DNA of 63,905 nt, the filler included, from Octopus bimaculoides (taxonomy: Eukaryota): NCBI RefSeq assembly GCF_001194135.2. It is 9 parts of 7 records of this genome, joined end to end, with 100 filler letters (N's around TTAATTAATTAA, not from the genome) between each part and the next. Parts side by side here need not be neighbours in the genome. Positions count along the whole stretch, not along the records: positions 21,570 to 33,319 come from NC_068987.1; positions 33,420 to 38,019 come from NC_068989.1; positions 38,120 to 45,170 come from NC_068985.1; 6 more parts are not named here. One strand, written 5' to 3'. A program made the translations under genes and the position numbers. This document shows positions 29,448-42,794 of this stretch, piece by piece. Position 1 is the stretch's first letter. Every line of letters begins with the position of its first letter. The notes beneath the pieces were generated by a model. It was not told the DNA's origin. It worked only from the letters and a program-made list of their open reading frames with translations, and did not search any database.

Positions 29448-29653
29448 TACGAGGGAGTGCTGAAAAGTTCTTGAATTTAAGAGTGTCGCAAAAGGCTTGG
29501 GTGGAGCTCCAAATTTCCAAGATCTTTTTCAGGGATTAGAAGAGCTGAAGGACTGTGAATCTGAGCTGGGAATATGTTAATTAAAATCATAATTAACTGA
29601 TCCTCCTGTATTTTATTCTACCCAAACCAAGAACTTTTCAGCACTCGCTCATA
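29448..29653. mobile_element. Mariner-type MITE
   Basis: TIRs tacgagggagtgctgaaaagttcttg and (rc) tatgagcgagtgctgaaaagttcttg, bounded by TA, non-coding interior. Confidence 0.85.
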
Positions 29654-31601
29654 AACCTTGTGGGAAACTCTATCGCATAAAGGAACATCTTGTTAGATTT
29701 CCTTATGATATAGTTTGGATTTTCTAGCGATTTTTTTTCTACTATTAAATATCACTTTGAGTGAGGGAACCAAAGAGATCACATATTGCCATTTAATTTT
29801 TCTGAAAATAGTCTTACAGTTATACAAACTAACAGTGAGGATAAATGGAAATCAGTGACACTTCTCTATGTTTTTCAACGGAAATTGGGTCATTAAAAAA
29901 TGCATGTTGCAAAATATCTTTCAGTTGACCAGTTTATAAATAACACTGTTGGGGAATCTAAATCTACCGAATGTTCGTTCCTCCAACTTACAAGATGTTT
30001 ATATCTAGCAATACCGACCTTTCTAGGGAAATCGCTATTACTGTTTCACATGGCCGTTCATTGGTTGTGTTATAGAAGTGTGTTATAATCGATGGAATTC
30101 AGGGCCATTGAGCAAGCAACACCTGAGGACTTATCGAAGATGTGTGAATCTAAACCGAGCGCCATCGTTACTTATATTTTCTATCAACTGAGCGAAATTT
30201 CAAGAGAATTGTTAGTGTTGATGTGCATATGAAAATCTTGCTGCTTTAATATTAATTAAGCTCTTCCCTGCAGAAATGATATTGATTGCAGTTTCGATCT
30301 ACCAATATATTATAGTGAGCTACTGAAAAATAATGATAGGAATTATTCCTATTTTGGCATACACTGACAAAATTAGCACTGAAACAAAATCTTTGAATTA
30401 CGTCATTGTATTTCTGGTATTTTAACTACTTCGAACTCATAAAAGATCATATCGATCTGAGCAATATTTGAACAGAAAACAAAATTAAATATAAAAGATT
30501 ATAATACTTTACGCAACCTAGTTTTTATCTTCCTACTTTTGATCGACAACAGTACCACAGTTCAAGCGTTGTCCATTATATTTCGGATATTTTAATTATG
30601 GTAAATCAATTCAGTAATTATACTTTGACATTTATTAAACCTTGTCACTGCGAAACAAAGTAAGCATGAATTGATGATTTCGTGTTAGTAAGTTAGTGAT
30701 GCGTGAGTTAAATACTGTACTGAACATTAAATGATCCTGAGGAACGTCACTGTTCAATTTACTAATTGCTCATTTCGTTTCCTTACAATAAATGTGAAGT
30801 TATTCCCCCTCAGAGATACCAGTCCGAATATTCAGAAATGCAACAAGTGAAATATTAAAACGATCATAATTACATAGTTACCAATTGTAGTCAATCATTA
30901 AACAGTCACAGCTGTGCGAGTCGCCGAAGTACCAAGGGTGGGATTTTTGAGCTAGTTTATTTGTTAATTTATTTGTGTATCACTGTTTTAATGATGAAAA
31001 TATTTTGTTGTCATTTAATAATTTCACTTAGTTATAACGTCGATGCGGTCGACAATTGTAGCTCAACAGCTGGGTAGCAACTTTGGACAACATCTTTGAT
31101 GCTCCTAAAACAAAAAGGCAGAAAAAGCAGTGTTACCGAAGAAAGGGTGCTTTAACTTTCATCCAAAATAAAAGTCCCATGCACTTGCTTACGCAGAATA
31201 GAAAAACAAAACTTGATAATGAACTCGTATATAATCTCTATATGCCAAAATTCTACGATATTTATCAAAGAATTTTACTAAAGCTATTGGATAAAAATAG
31301 CGCTGGTTGTTCACAATTTCAAAAATTTAATTACTGGAATTATAAGGTTATTCCTAGCAAGGTATTCTGTAAATTGCATCCATATGAATGATGCTGTGGT
31401 AAGTACACGGGAGTATGTTTAGAGATGGTAACATTCATAATATTCGGATAGGGCAAGTATGAGAGATTTTTGCTATGGTAAACTATAAAATTATGGTGTT
31501 AGAGCTGAAGTACTAGAATCTTTGAGAACCAACGGATCACACGCGCACACACAACCACACAACCACACAACCACACGCACACACACAACCGCACACACAC
31601 A

Positions 31602-31634
<33 letters not shown>

Positions 31635-32364
31635 GAAATATGAACATGTAGACATCTTAGTGATTGAAGAGATTCTGTCATGAAACCGCCCAACAATAGT
31701 TCTTTCGGTTGAAATCCCCTATCGTACCCAATGCAGATTAGACATGTGATGTTATTTTATAATCTTTTGATGAGTTCGGAAAAAAAATGACGGAATCGCG
31801 AGCTTGGTGTTTAGAGTTTGCATCGAACATTCAATGCTTCGTCAGCAGATAATGTTGAATTATTCCAGAAACCGCTAGTACATTTGAACGAAATGTCTTG
31901 CTAGGTTACTCCCTGGTAGGCAAGATTCATAGTCTGTGGTACAGTTTTTATTCGCGAAGGAAACTCTACTTTTCCCGCACATCTTGCTTGACTTCATCAA
32001 TGCTTGCTTCACACCGGAGGCATTCTTAGTACTGTGGTTAGGAAAAGACGCATTTTTCATTTTAAATTTGCAGCAGATATACAAGATCAGCTGCCAGCTG
32101 ATATTTCAGCTCCTAATACTGGTTTCAAATTTTGAGACAAAGCCGGCAATTGCAATAGAGGGGTTAGGTCGATTACATCGATTCCAGTGTTCAAGTGGCA
32201 AACATTTCTTCGATCCCGACAGGATGAAAGAAAAAGTCCACCTCTGCGGAACTTGAGCTCAGAACATAAGGACGGACGAAATGATGTTAAGCATTTTGCT
32301 CGACGTGCTAACTATTCTGCTGGCTCGCAGCCTCATTTCGTCCCCTAAAACTAATCATTAACAA

Positions 32365-32490
32365 GGCGGCGAGCTGGCAGAATTGTTATCACGTTGAGTG
32401 ACATGCTTAGCGTCATTACGTCCGTCTTTACGTTCTGAGGTCAAATCCCGCCGTGGTGTATTTCATCTTTTCCGGAACGTGAAAATAAGA
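32365..32490 (+). mobile_element. SINE family A, truncated
   Basis: ggcggcgagctggcagaattgttatcacg head and B-box-like gaggtcaaatccc. Confidence 0.75.
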
Positions 32491-32494
32491 TAGA

Positions 32495-32734
32495 ATGATA
32501 GATTTTATATGGCGACTGAAGGAAGCTAATACGAAATACTACATTACTTGGTCCATAGTTAGGCATGCAAAACCATACTGTGCAATTTCCAGGAGATGCC
32601 GTCTCTGCTCCTCGGAATACCTGTCTATTCTGTGGACTAATGAAAAGATACTTAATAGAATTTCTAAAAGACTATCGAGATGCCTACACGCATATAAATG
32701 TACTTTCGCACTATGCAGTGAGAATGCATTTTGA
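32495..32734 (+). mobile_element. Penelope-like element GIY-YIG C-terminal remnant
   Basis: FIWRLKEANTKYYITWSIVRHAKPYCAISRRCRLCSSEYLSIL...KILNRISKRLSRCLHAYK matches the Penelope-type IWxLK...WSI...AxPY...CxLCxxE...LN...CRH pattern. Confidence 0.75.
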
Positions 32735-33183
32735 GTAGCCGTTACTTTAGTGTAATTTTATTTTATTTTTCTTTATGGTATGGACGGCTTCAATTTACTT
32801 TAAACTTCCCCGTTCTTCTAAACGCCTACTATATATTTAACTCGCTTCGTGATCATGAGTGCGCCTAATCTCGTGTGTGCGTATGCTCACATTTTTGCTA
32901 ATGCTTGTATGAGCGTGTGTACTCGTGCCATGCAGCGTACCCGATGACGTTTATACCTACATATCTCTTAGCGGTTGTTTTCAATACATTTCTTGCTGGC
33001 TTAAGTGTTCGTTTCTCCTTATGTCTTCTGCAATTTTATTTTTGGATCTTCTATATAAATAAAGAATTCTCGTCCGTCTTGCTGTATTTCTCCCGACAAA
33101 CGGAAAGCTAAATTATGGAACAGTTATTTTCACGAGTTTTTTTTTTTTTTAACTTATTGATCACCGGACGAGATATATCTGCA

Positions 33184-33225
<42 letters not shown>

Positions 33226-33420
33226 AGATCTCCGAAACAGACTACGTACAAATTCTTTCTTCACAACTCCTAAAGCGATTTTCTGACAGGGGGTGATGAA
33301 ATCTTCATACATCTTAAGGNNNNNNNNNNNNNNNNNNNNNNNNNNNNNNNNNNNNNNNNNNNNTTAATTAATTAANNNNNNNNNNNNNNNNNNNNNNNNN
33401 NNNNNNNNNNNNNNNNNNNA

Positions 33421-33810
33421 CTCTTTTACTTGTTTCAGTCATTTGACTGTGGCCATGCTTTAGTCGAGCAAATCGACCCCGGGACTTATTCTTTGGAAGC
33501 CTAGTACTTATTCTATTGGTCTCTTTTTGCCGAACCGCTAAGTGACGGGGACATAAACATACCAGCATTGGTTGTCAAGCGAAGTTGGGGACACAAATAC
33601 AGACGGACACAAACATATACACACACACATACAGATATATATATACATATATACGATGGGCTTCTTTCAGTTTCCGTCTACCAAATTCACTCACAAGGCT
33701 TTGGTCGGCTCGAGACTATAGTAGAAGACACTTGCCCAAGGTGCCACGCAGTGGGACTGAACCCAGAACCATGTGGTTGGTAAGCAAGCTACTTACCACA
33801 CAGCCACTCA
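33421..33810 (-). mobile_element. SINE family B, near full length
   Basis: Complete reverse-complement copy from cttttacttgtttcagtc to ttaccacacagccactc. Confidence 0.9.
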
Positions 33811-34359
33811 TGTCATAATAGATGTTTAGCCCCAGGTCAATATGTGATCAACAATCTTCCTGTCATAATCATCCCCTATATATATATATAAACACACACA
33901 CACACACAAACTTACACACATACATGTGCATATTTTTGCATCTGTATTACCACAAAACCACACCTTATCTTCTTCAGAAAAGAGAGACACATTGGCCAAT
34001 TTAGTATGAGATAGAAAAGAATAACAAAAAACATAGTAAGGTCTCAGCTGGAATTCTTTGCATCACAAATCCACTCAAGCTCATTATAGATGACCTGGGG
34101 CTAAATACATGGGACAATAGCAACAATCGTCACCATCATTACTGCCATCATCATCATCACTATCATCAATATCAACATCATTATTATCACTATCACCACC
34201 AGCATCTTCAAGACTGCTGTTATCAATTTGACATCAGCAATTCCTCAACCATTTTCCTTTATCGACTAATTTGAGTTTCATGAGAAGCCGGTTACAAATT
34301 AAAAAAAAAAAAAAAATCCTGTATGTGTGTGTGCATGCATGTGTGTACACAAGCATGCA

Positions 34360-34398
<39 letters not shown>

Positions 34399-35304
34399 CT
34401 ACTGAGCTATAGTGAATTCTCCCTCTGCTACTTCCAAATTTAATTCCTACCACCTCCAAAATTAATTTATCAATTGTTCAGCTTGGGGAGGAGACTCCAG
34501 TCGAGGACAGCATGGAATTCAGAGATAGAGGGTTAGTGGTGGTGGTGGCGGTGGTGGTGGGTTCCTGGGGCTGGGACGGAGTGCAGAATGATTGAAAAGT
34601 AACAATTAGAAATTGAGTCATGCACCTTAATGTAACACACACACATACATACATACATACATACACAATGGTATATACAGACACTAAAGAATACAATACA
34701 TACACGTGCATTTATGCACATGTACACATACATACACATTATCACAAAGACACATTTACAAAACTTCACACACACACACACACATATAAATAAAGCATAC
34801 AACAAAACAAAAAGATATTTGCAGATTCATACACACACACACACACACACACATTGAGAACAGGAAGGGGTTACACCCTCCCCCCTCCGTACCCCTACAT
34901 TAACTAGGGAGGAAATTGAAAACTGTAAACAATAGTAAAAGACTTGCTCAACAGTTAAGAGCAAATGGTGGTATGAGGTGGGTGGAGGGGAGAGGGTGCG
35001 TGGGGAGGGGGTAGGTGTTGACAGNNNNNNNNNNNNNNNNNNNNNNNNNNNNNNNNNNNNNNNNNNNNNNNNNNNNNNNNNNNNNNNNNNNNNNNNNNNN
35101 NNNNNNNNNNNNNNNNNNNNNNNNNNNNNNNNNNGGTGGGGTGTTGGTGGGGGAATGACATTCCTTAGAACTGGTGGAAGTAGGTGGCTGAATCACAATA
35201 AAATAACAAATCATTTCAGATGTGCAAAAGAGCTTTAAGTTTTACACAGCAAATGGATGAAATCCCTGATTTTTTATTTTGCTGTCCCCAAATATATGTT
35301 GTGT

Positions 35305-35610
35305 GGAGGCGCAATGGCCCAGTCGTTAGGGCAGCGGACTCGCGGTCGGAGGATCGCGGTTTCAATTCCCAGACCGGGCATTGGGTGTGTTTATTGAGCG
35401 AAAACACCTAAAGCTCCACGAGGCTCCAGCAGGGGGTGGTGGCGACCCCTGTTGTACTCTTTCGCCCCCACTTTCTCTTACTCTTTCCTCCTGTTTCTTG
35501 AGTAATGCTGCGATGGACTGGCATCCCGTCCAGCTGGTGGGGAACACATACGTCATAGAAACCGGGAAACCGGGCCCATGAGCCTGACTAGGCTTGAAAA
35601 GGGCTCATAA
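35305..35610 (+). mobile_element. tRNA-headed SINE family C, short 3' variant
   Basis: ggaggcgcaatggcccagtcgttagggcagcggactcgcggtcggaggatcgcggtttcaattccc head; 3' part gcgatggactggcatcccgtccag differs from the other copies. Confidence 0.85.
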
Positions 35611-35799
35611 ATTAAAATAATATATGTTGTCCACAAATACATAGTTGGTGATGTAACTTTTTTTTTTTCTTTTTGGTTTTAACCTCCTCCACTTCTTCCA
35701 TGCCCATCAGCTCGGAACAAATAGAGCAATGGTATATGTAGGGAGTTGATTGAATACCTATGAGTGAACCACTTAGCAATGGAATTTACATTTGTTTGC

Positions 35800-38019
35800 A
35801 CATGGTGCGCGTTTTGATGTGCAGTAGTTAAGAAGCTTGGTCCCCAACCATGTCGTCTTGAGTTCAATCCCATAGCCTTCTTAGTAGATTGATTGGAAGA
35901 TGGAAACTGAAAGAAGTCAATCATGCGTGTGTATGTGTGTGTGTGTGTTCTTTTATCATTTACTTGTTCCAGTCATTAGACTGTGGCCATGCTGGACTAC
36001 AGCCTTGAAGGGTTCTAGTCAAACAAATTGACCCCAGTAATAATTTCCAAGCCTAGAATTTATTCTATTCATCTCTTTTGATGAACCACTAAGTTACAGT
36101 TACTTCCACAAACAGCTGTGCAATGGGACTGAACTTGGAACCAAGTAGGTGTGAGGTGAAGTTCTTAACCACTCAGCCACATCTGTGCTGCTTTTTGTTG
36201 TTTTTTTTTTTGCTTTTCTTAGTCATTAGACTGCGACCATGCTGGAGTACTGTCTTGAAGAATTTTAGATGAATGAATTGTTTTAAGCCTCGTACCTATG
36301 CTATCAGGGGATGTAAGCACATCGATACAAGTTGTCAAGTGGTGATGTGGGACAAATACAAAGACACACACACACACACATGTGAAATCAGTGGAAAATA
36401 AAAAAACTGTAAAGACACTGGTAGCTCCCTTACCCAAAGAATAATAACAAAATCAAGAAAAAAAAAACAAAAAAAGAAAAAAAAAGAACCCCACAAAATG
36501 AAAAACCAAAAATCTGCATGTCAGTGCTGTTAACCATTCTAAAGTAGCTGAGAGTAAGATGATCTCTCACAGAGATGTCAAAGACATGTCAAATTCTCAT
36601 GGAATCAAAGCACTGAAGAAACAGCCCCGACCACCCCGCCACCAACCTCCCTCTCCACCCACCCCGCATCCCCACCAACCGCCTCACTCAGAGATAATGA
36701 GTCAGATTTTCTTTTAATTGAAGCATCTTTATTGCTAAAGTGTCCTGAAGGTTTAAAGTTCAAGTATGAGAGAGTAAAAGAGTTCCTTTAAGTGAAAAAT
36801 GAACGAAGGAAAGAAGAACCCCCCCCCCGAAAGCTGACTCCATAAACTAATAAACTAAACCTGGCAAGCAAGTACCACCATTCTTGCTCTCCCACACTGC
36901 AGTTCTTCCGCCACCCCCACTCCACCCAACTCCACATCACCCCAGACTAATGGTTCACTCAACATGTAACAACAGTTGGGTCATACACTTAAAAACAGTG
37001 ATTACACCGTTTCAACATTGTCTTTAATAGGCTCAAGTACAACTAACGCCAGACCTTTGCCACACACCGATATCACTGCAATATGCCTGTAACAACAATC
37101 TTCATTTTGACAGAGAGAGAGAGAGAGACAGACAGACAGAAAGAGGGAGAGAAGGAGTGGTGGTAGGGAGAGAACAACTGAAAGTTCCCACTGCTAATTG
37201 AAGAATTTTAAAGTTTGCACCATCCACAACACACACACACACACACACACATCAAGAACCAGAAAAGAAAAAGCTGTGACAGATGAAAGAGAAATCAAAC
37301 AATGCAAATCTTTACATATAAACCAAACATGCAGGCCACAACATCCATTTTATATGCTGGAAGGGTGGGGGCATGGAAGTTAACTTTGCAACGATGTGGC
37401 ACCTAGGGCGAGTGTCTTTTACTATATAGCCCCAGGCCAACTAAGGCCTTGTGGGTGAATTTGAGAGATGGAAACCGCATTGAAGCCCCTACCACCACCA
37501 CTACTTGACCACTAGTGTTGGTTTGTTTACACCCCCCCCCTACTAAGTGGTTCCACAAAAGACCAATAGAATAAGTACCTGGCTTAAATAAAAATACAGA
37601 AACTGGGGTCAATTTGCTCGACTAAAACCCTTCAAATGGTGCCCAGAATGATCGCAGTCCGATTACTGAAACAAATATATCTCATTTTGGATTTAGCTAA
37701 AAGCTTATTTATTGGGTAACTTGTGTAGCTTAGGTAAATTCCCATTTTTGTTTGGGACTTGCATGGCTGATTTATTTGACTAAAGACTAAACCCTTCAAG
37801 ACTGTAATTCAATGACTGTAACAAGTATATATATATATATATTTTTCTTTTTTTACTTGTTTCAGTCATTTGACTGCGGCTATGCTGGAGTACCGCCTTT
37901 ATAGTCAAGCAAATCGACCCCAGGATTTATTCTTTGTAAGCCTAGCACTTATTCTATCGGTGTCTTTTGCCAAACCGCTAAGTTACGGGGACGTAAACAC
38001 AACACCATTGGTTGTCAAG
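35800..38019. mobile_element. Several SINE family B fragments in both orientations
   Basis: Fragments near 35820-35930(+), 35950-36190(-), 36215-36380(-), 37390-37670(+), 37845-38019(-). Confidence 0.7.
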
Positions 38020-38389
38020 NNNNNNNNNNNNNNNNNNNNNNNNNNNNNNNNNNNNNNNNNNNNTTAATTAATTAANNNNNNNNNNNNNNNNNNNNNNNNN
38101 NNNNNNNNNNNNNNNNNNNTATATATATATATATGTATGTATGTATGCATATATATATATGTGTGTGTACGTGTGTATGTGTGTGTGTGTGCGTGCGTGT
38201 GTATAGTTACAGACATATACATGCATATATATATATATATGTGTGTATGTAAGTATGTATGTATGTATGTGTGTATGTATGTATGTGTGTGTGTGTGTTA
38301 TGCTTATGTGTGTGTGTCTGTAATACGCAAACATTCACTAAAAATCGTTATGGTGGAGACATAATTGACGGTGTTCGTCTAAGATAACA

Positions 38390-38391
38390 GT

Positions 38392-38457
<66 letters not shown>

Positions 38458-38770
38458 TTAAGAAGAAGAATGACGACGATGATGATGATGATGATTATCT
38501 TTCGTCATTAAAGCAATTTGTATTTGTTGTAATTGTTGTTGTTGTTGCTGTTGTTATCATTGTGGCTGCTATGGTTGTTGTCTTCGCTCTTACTATAAAA
38601 TTCTTTGTTACGGTCGAATGATGATGCGCCTGAGCCGTGAGTCACGAACGACTATTATTTTGGCCAGACACGCTCTGCCAGTTAACCATAAGTTGGCCTA
38701 TTTTATACTGAAGGTGTAATTATCATCATCATCATCATCATCGTCATCATCATCATCATCATCATCATAG
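38390..38770. repeat. (AAT)n, (GAT)n, (GTT)n and (ATC)n trinucleotide cluster
   Basis: Direct reading. Confidence 0.95.
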
Positions 38771-39614
38771 CAACAACAACGTAAACAACAACAAACTACA
38801 GCATCTCAGATATTTTCCCTGAAGTCTGTATGTCAGTATATAGGCGTATATATATATGTATATATATATATATATATATNNNNNNNNNNNNNNNNNNNNN
38901 NNNNNNNNNNNNNNNNNNNNNNNNNNNNNNNNNNNNNNNNNNNNNNNNNNNNNNNNNNNNNNNNNNNNNNNNNNNNNNNNNNNNNNNNNNNNNNNNNNNN
39001 NNNNNNNNNNNNNNNNNNNNNNNNNNNNNNNNNNNNNNNNNNNNNNNNNNNNNNNNNNNNNNNNNNNNNNNNNNNNNNNNNNNNNNNNNNNNNNNNNNNN
39101 NNNNNNNNNNNNNNNNNNNNNNNNNNNNNNNNNNNNNNNNNNNNNNNNNNNNNNNNNNNNNNNNNNNNNNNNNNNNNACATACATACATACATTCAAACT
39201 GATAGATCTCTCTTCCGCCCCCCTCTCTCTCTCTCTATGTGTGTATATATACATATGTATACATACATACATGCATAAGCGCAGTGCTCTAGCATGGCCG
39301 CTGTCAGGTGACTGAAACAAGTTAAAGAATAAAAGAATGTGTGTGTGTGTGTGTGTGTCTGCGTATGTGTGTGTGTGCATGTTTATGTATACACGACTCT
39401 ACGGACACACACATGTATGTGTATATGTATTAGTTATAAGGATTCCTTGTGTGTGTATATATACGTACATGCACATACAAATACATTTAAATCGACTTAT
39501 TTATCTGTTATAATGCAACAAACGATAGTTACTTCGTTCAAATAACCTCTGTGCTACTGAGAGAGTTATCGTGTAATTCGATGTTTCTATCACCAAGCAA
39601 CGCATGTATTTGAT

Positions 39615-40045
39615 ATTCGTCTATCCGGTCGGGCGACTCGCTCGGACCAAAGCAACACGTTCACACTACATGACCTGATCTTCATGGAAGTCAGCATATC
39701 CTCAGCTTGATATCTAGAGTTGGTCGATATATGCTCTTTTTAGTCTGCCGATACTATATGTCAATGTGTGGATGACCAGAGAAAGCAATCCGTGGATATT
39801 TCATCCTTGCTTTTCCAGCAGCGCCCTGTGTAACAGTTCTGTCTCTGATTATCAAGGCAGTGGTAGGAAGACTGCCATTCAGTTATTGCTTTGTTGCATG
39901 TTGCTGCCAATAAAGATTGAAAATTGCACGAAGAATTCTCACATATGTACCACCAAGCTTCTTTTAAGACTCTTTTTCAGTGTCCATGATGAAGCGCCAT
40001 ACAGTTGTATTGATTCAATGACCGCTGTATTCGATAAACATACAC
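39615..40045 (-). mobile_element. RTE-like LINE ORF2 3' remnant
   Basis: AVIESIQLYGASSWTLKKSL followed by a degraded GxCWxSKDEI segment and ending LVRASRPTG*. Confidence 0.75.
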
Positions 40046-40458
40046 ATACATATNNNNNNNNNNNNNNNNNNNNNNNNNNNNNNNNNNNNNNNNNNNNNNN
40101 NNNNNNNNNNNNNNNNNNNNNNNNNNNNNNNNNNNNNNNNNNNNNNNNNNNNNNNNNNNNNNNNNNNNNNNNNNNNNNNNNNNNNNNNNNNNNNNNNNNN
40201 NNNNNNNNNNNNNNNNNNNNNNNNNNNNNNNNNNNNNNNNNNNNNNNNNNNNNNNNNNNNNNNNNNNNNNNNNNNNNNNNNNNNNNNNNNNNNNNNNNNN
40301 NNNNNNNNNNNNNNNNNNNNNNNNNNNNNNNNNNNNNNNNNNNNNNNNNNNNNNNNNNNGTCAAAGACTTTCCGTATTCCCGAGCGTCATACTAATACAT
40401 CCTTTTGTTATTTACACCACCTGTCCTCGTCTGTTGTTGTTTTTTCGTATATTCTCCC

Positions 40459-40491
<33 letters not shown>

Positions 40492-40524
40492 TACAACAGC
40501 GAAATTCAGGATTAACTAATTTTT

Positions 40525-40668
40525 TTAACTGGTACTTAATATATCGACTCCGAAAGGATGAAAGGCAAAGTCGACCTCAGCGGAATTTGAACTCAGAACG
40601 TAAAAACAGACGAAATAATGCAAAGCATTGCGCCCGGCATGCTAGCATTTCTGCCAGCTCGCCGCCTT
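40525..40668 (-). mobile_element. SINE family A
   Basis: Reverse complement of family A head and body. Confidence 0.85.
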
Positions 40669-41285
40669 ATGGTAGATATAATATTAAATGAGCTAAATAT
40701 AGATGTGTCTCAGGTCAAGAAAGGCTCTTGAAGAGCTATTAAGTGAATGGGGACAATATCTTCGCCTGCGTAGGACGTAAATCTGCTGCGACAAACATTC
40801 CCAGAAGTTCCGCCATCTTGTTTATTTATATTGGATTAAAACGTCCACCGAATTTATTTGGTGTCAAGTATAGCCCCGCTAGGTGCTAAACAAACACAGG
40901 AACCCAATGCCAGGTCCCCAGTGTTTCTATTTTTAAACTGAAACAATGTTTAAACTAAGAAACGGCAACAAACGGGTGTAAACCAAAGTTTTAAACAAGA
41001 TTTACTTCGGGCGTTCGAAAATATGTCTGTCGTGTTTAGCAGTAAATATAATAATAATAATAAAAATAATAATGATGATAATAATAATAATAAATAATTA
41101 AATAAATAAATAAACCGTAAGTTTCTTTCGCACACCATGTATAACTTCCAAGCGACATTCTGACCTCAATAACAGCTCAATGACGAATAAATACAGAACT
41201 GCTACCATTGTCTGAGGATTTGCTTAATTCAAAAAGGTGTGGATAGAAAACAAACAAACACAGACACACGCACGCTCACACACGC

Positions 41286-41335
<50 letters not shown>

Positions 41336-41959
41336 ATTAGGTTAATTGTATGAGACATCCATACTTCTCTAATTATTACTCATGCAAACTATATCGCTCT
41401 GTAAATGTTAAATTAGTTCCTAATTGCCTCCTTAAATTTCACTGATGCTAAGAAAAAGAGAACTTCGATGTTTTTGATGTCCGAATCGTGGTATCCAAGA
41501 TGTGACAGAAAGCATGAACAACAATGGTAGGTAGAATACGAGGACATGCGCTGTACCAGCACGTCACTGCATCCACCATTTTTGGTGATTCCCTACTACT
41601 CCTGGGGGATTACAACCCTCCAACTTATGGGTCTGTTTCGGTAGTCGTCGCTAGTGAAGGTTTTTACAAGGTCAGAGTGCGTGAAAATCCTAAGTTTTAC
41701 AAGGTCGGAGTTCGAATCGTCCTCAACTTCTTTTAGTCGTCTTTTACGACGCGCAGAGGAAAATTTGGGGGCTATTTTTCACATGCCAGTTTCTACACAG
41801 CATTAAAGCAATGTGAAATGAACCGCCTTGCCCAAAAACGCAACACACCGTCTGGTCCAGAAATCGAGCTCACACTCTGCTGGTCATGAGTGCAACACCG
41901 CAATTACTAGGCCACGCGAATTTCCACATGGTAAAGTAATGGTAAAAAGATAAAATATA

Positions 41960-42294
41960 CTATACTACATTACACTTGCCCAAAGTGCCGCAGAAACGGA
42001 ATGAAATCGAAGCCACGTGTCTGCAAAGTGAACTTCTTAACCACAGAGCCATGCTTGCTTCTGTATCTGAAAAAAGAAAAGAAAAAGACAGAAGCATTGA
42101 ATGGTCATAGGTTGAATACTTTTTTCTCTGTGTACAGGTAGGGCTTTATGGTAAAGAGCTTGCTTCCCAACCTCATGATTCTGGGTTCAGCTCCACTGCG
42201 TAGCACCTTGAGCAAGTGTCTTCGATTATAGCTCCGGCCGACCATAACCATGTGAGTGGATTTGATTGACGGAAACTGAAAGAAGCACGTCGTA
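41960..42294. mobile_element. Two SINE family B head fragments, divergent
   Basis: Minus fragment ~41965-42062; plus fragment ~42135-42294 running into a gap at its microsatellite position. Confidence 0.7.
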
Positions 42295-42643
42295 NNNNNN
42301 NNNNNNNNNNNNNNNNNNNNNNNNNNNNNNNNNNNNNNNNNNNNNNNNNNNNNNNNNNNNNNNNNNNNNNNNNNNNNNNNNNNNNNNNNNNNNNTATATA
42401 TATATAGTTATCTTACTCATTCTCCTATATCACTTTCATGTTCAAGTATTTTTAGCTTATCTCCCCTTACAGTTGTCACACACTTTCTAAATTCTATTAT
42501 CTTTTCCCTGTCTTTATTTTCTTATTCTTTTATACTCTCTCACTTTGTGTGTTTGTCAATGTCCCTTTCTTTCTATTCATTTTTCTATTTATCTATTTAT
42601 CCCTATTTGTGGTTCACCTTCCCATTCTTTGACAATTACTTGT

Positions 42644-42683
<40 letters not shown>

Positions 42684-42758
42684 TTTTTATCATTCATTCG
42701 CCATCGCTTCACATAGTAACCGTTCCCTTTCTCCTGTCTCTCTCTCCCTCCACACTTT

Positions 42759-42794
<36 letters not shown>

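Noticed and set aside
31083-31391. 102-aa plus-strand ORF
   Set aside because: TTG start, AT-rich, no recognisable domain.
35305-35385. tRNA-like sequences at SINE 5' ends as tRNA genes
   Set aside because: They continue into SINE bodies and recur as diverged copies; no complete cloverleaf supported.
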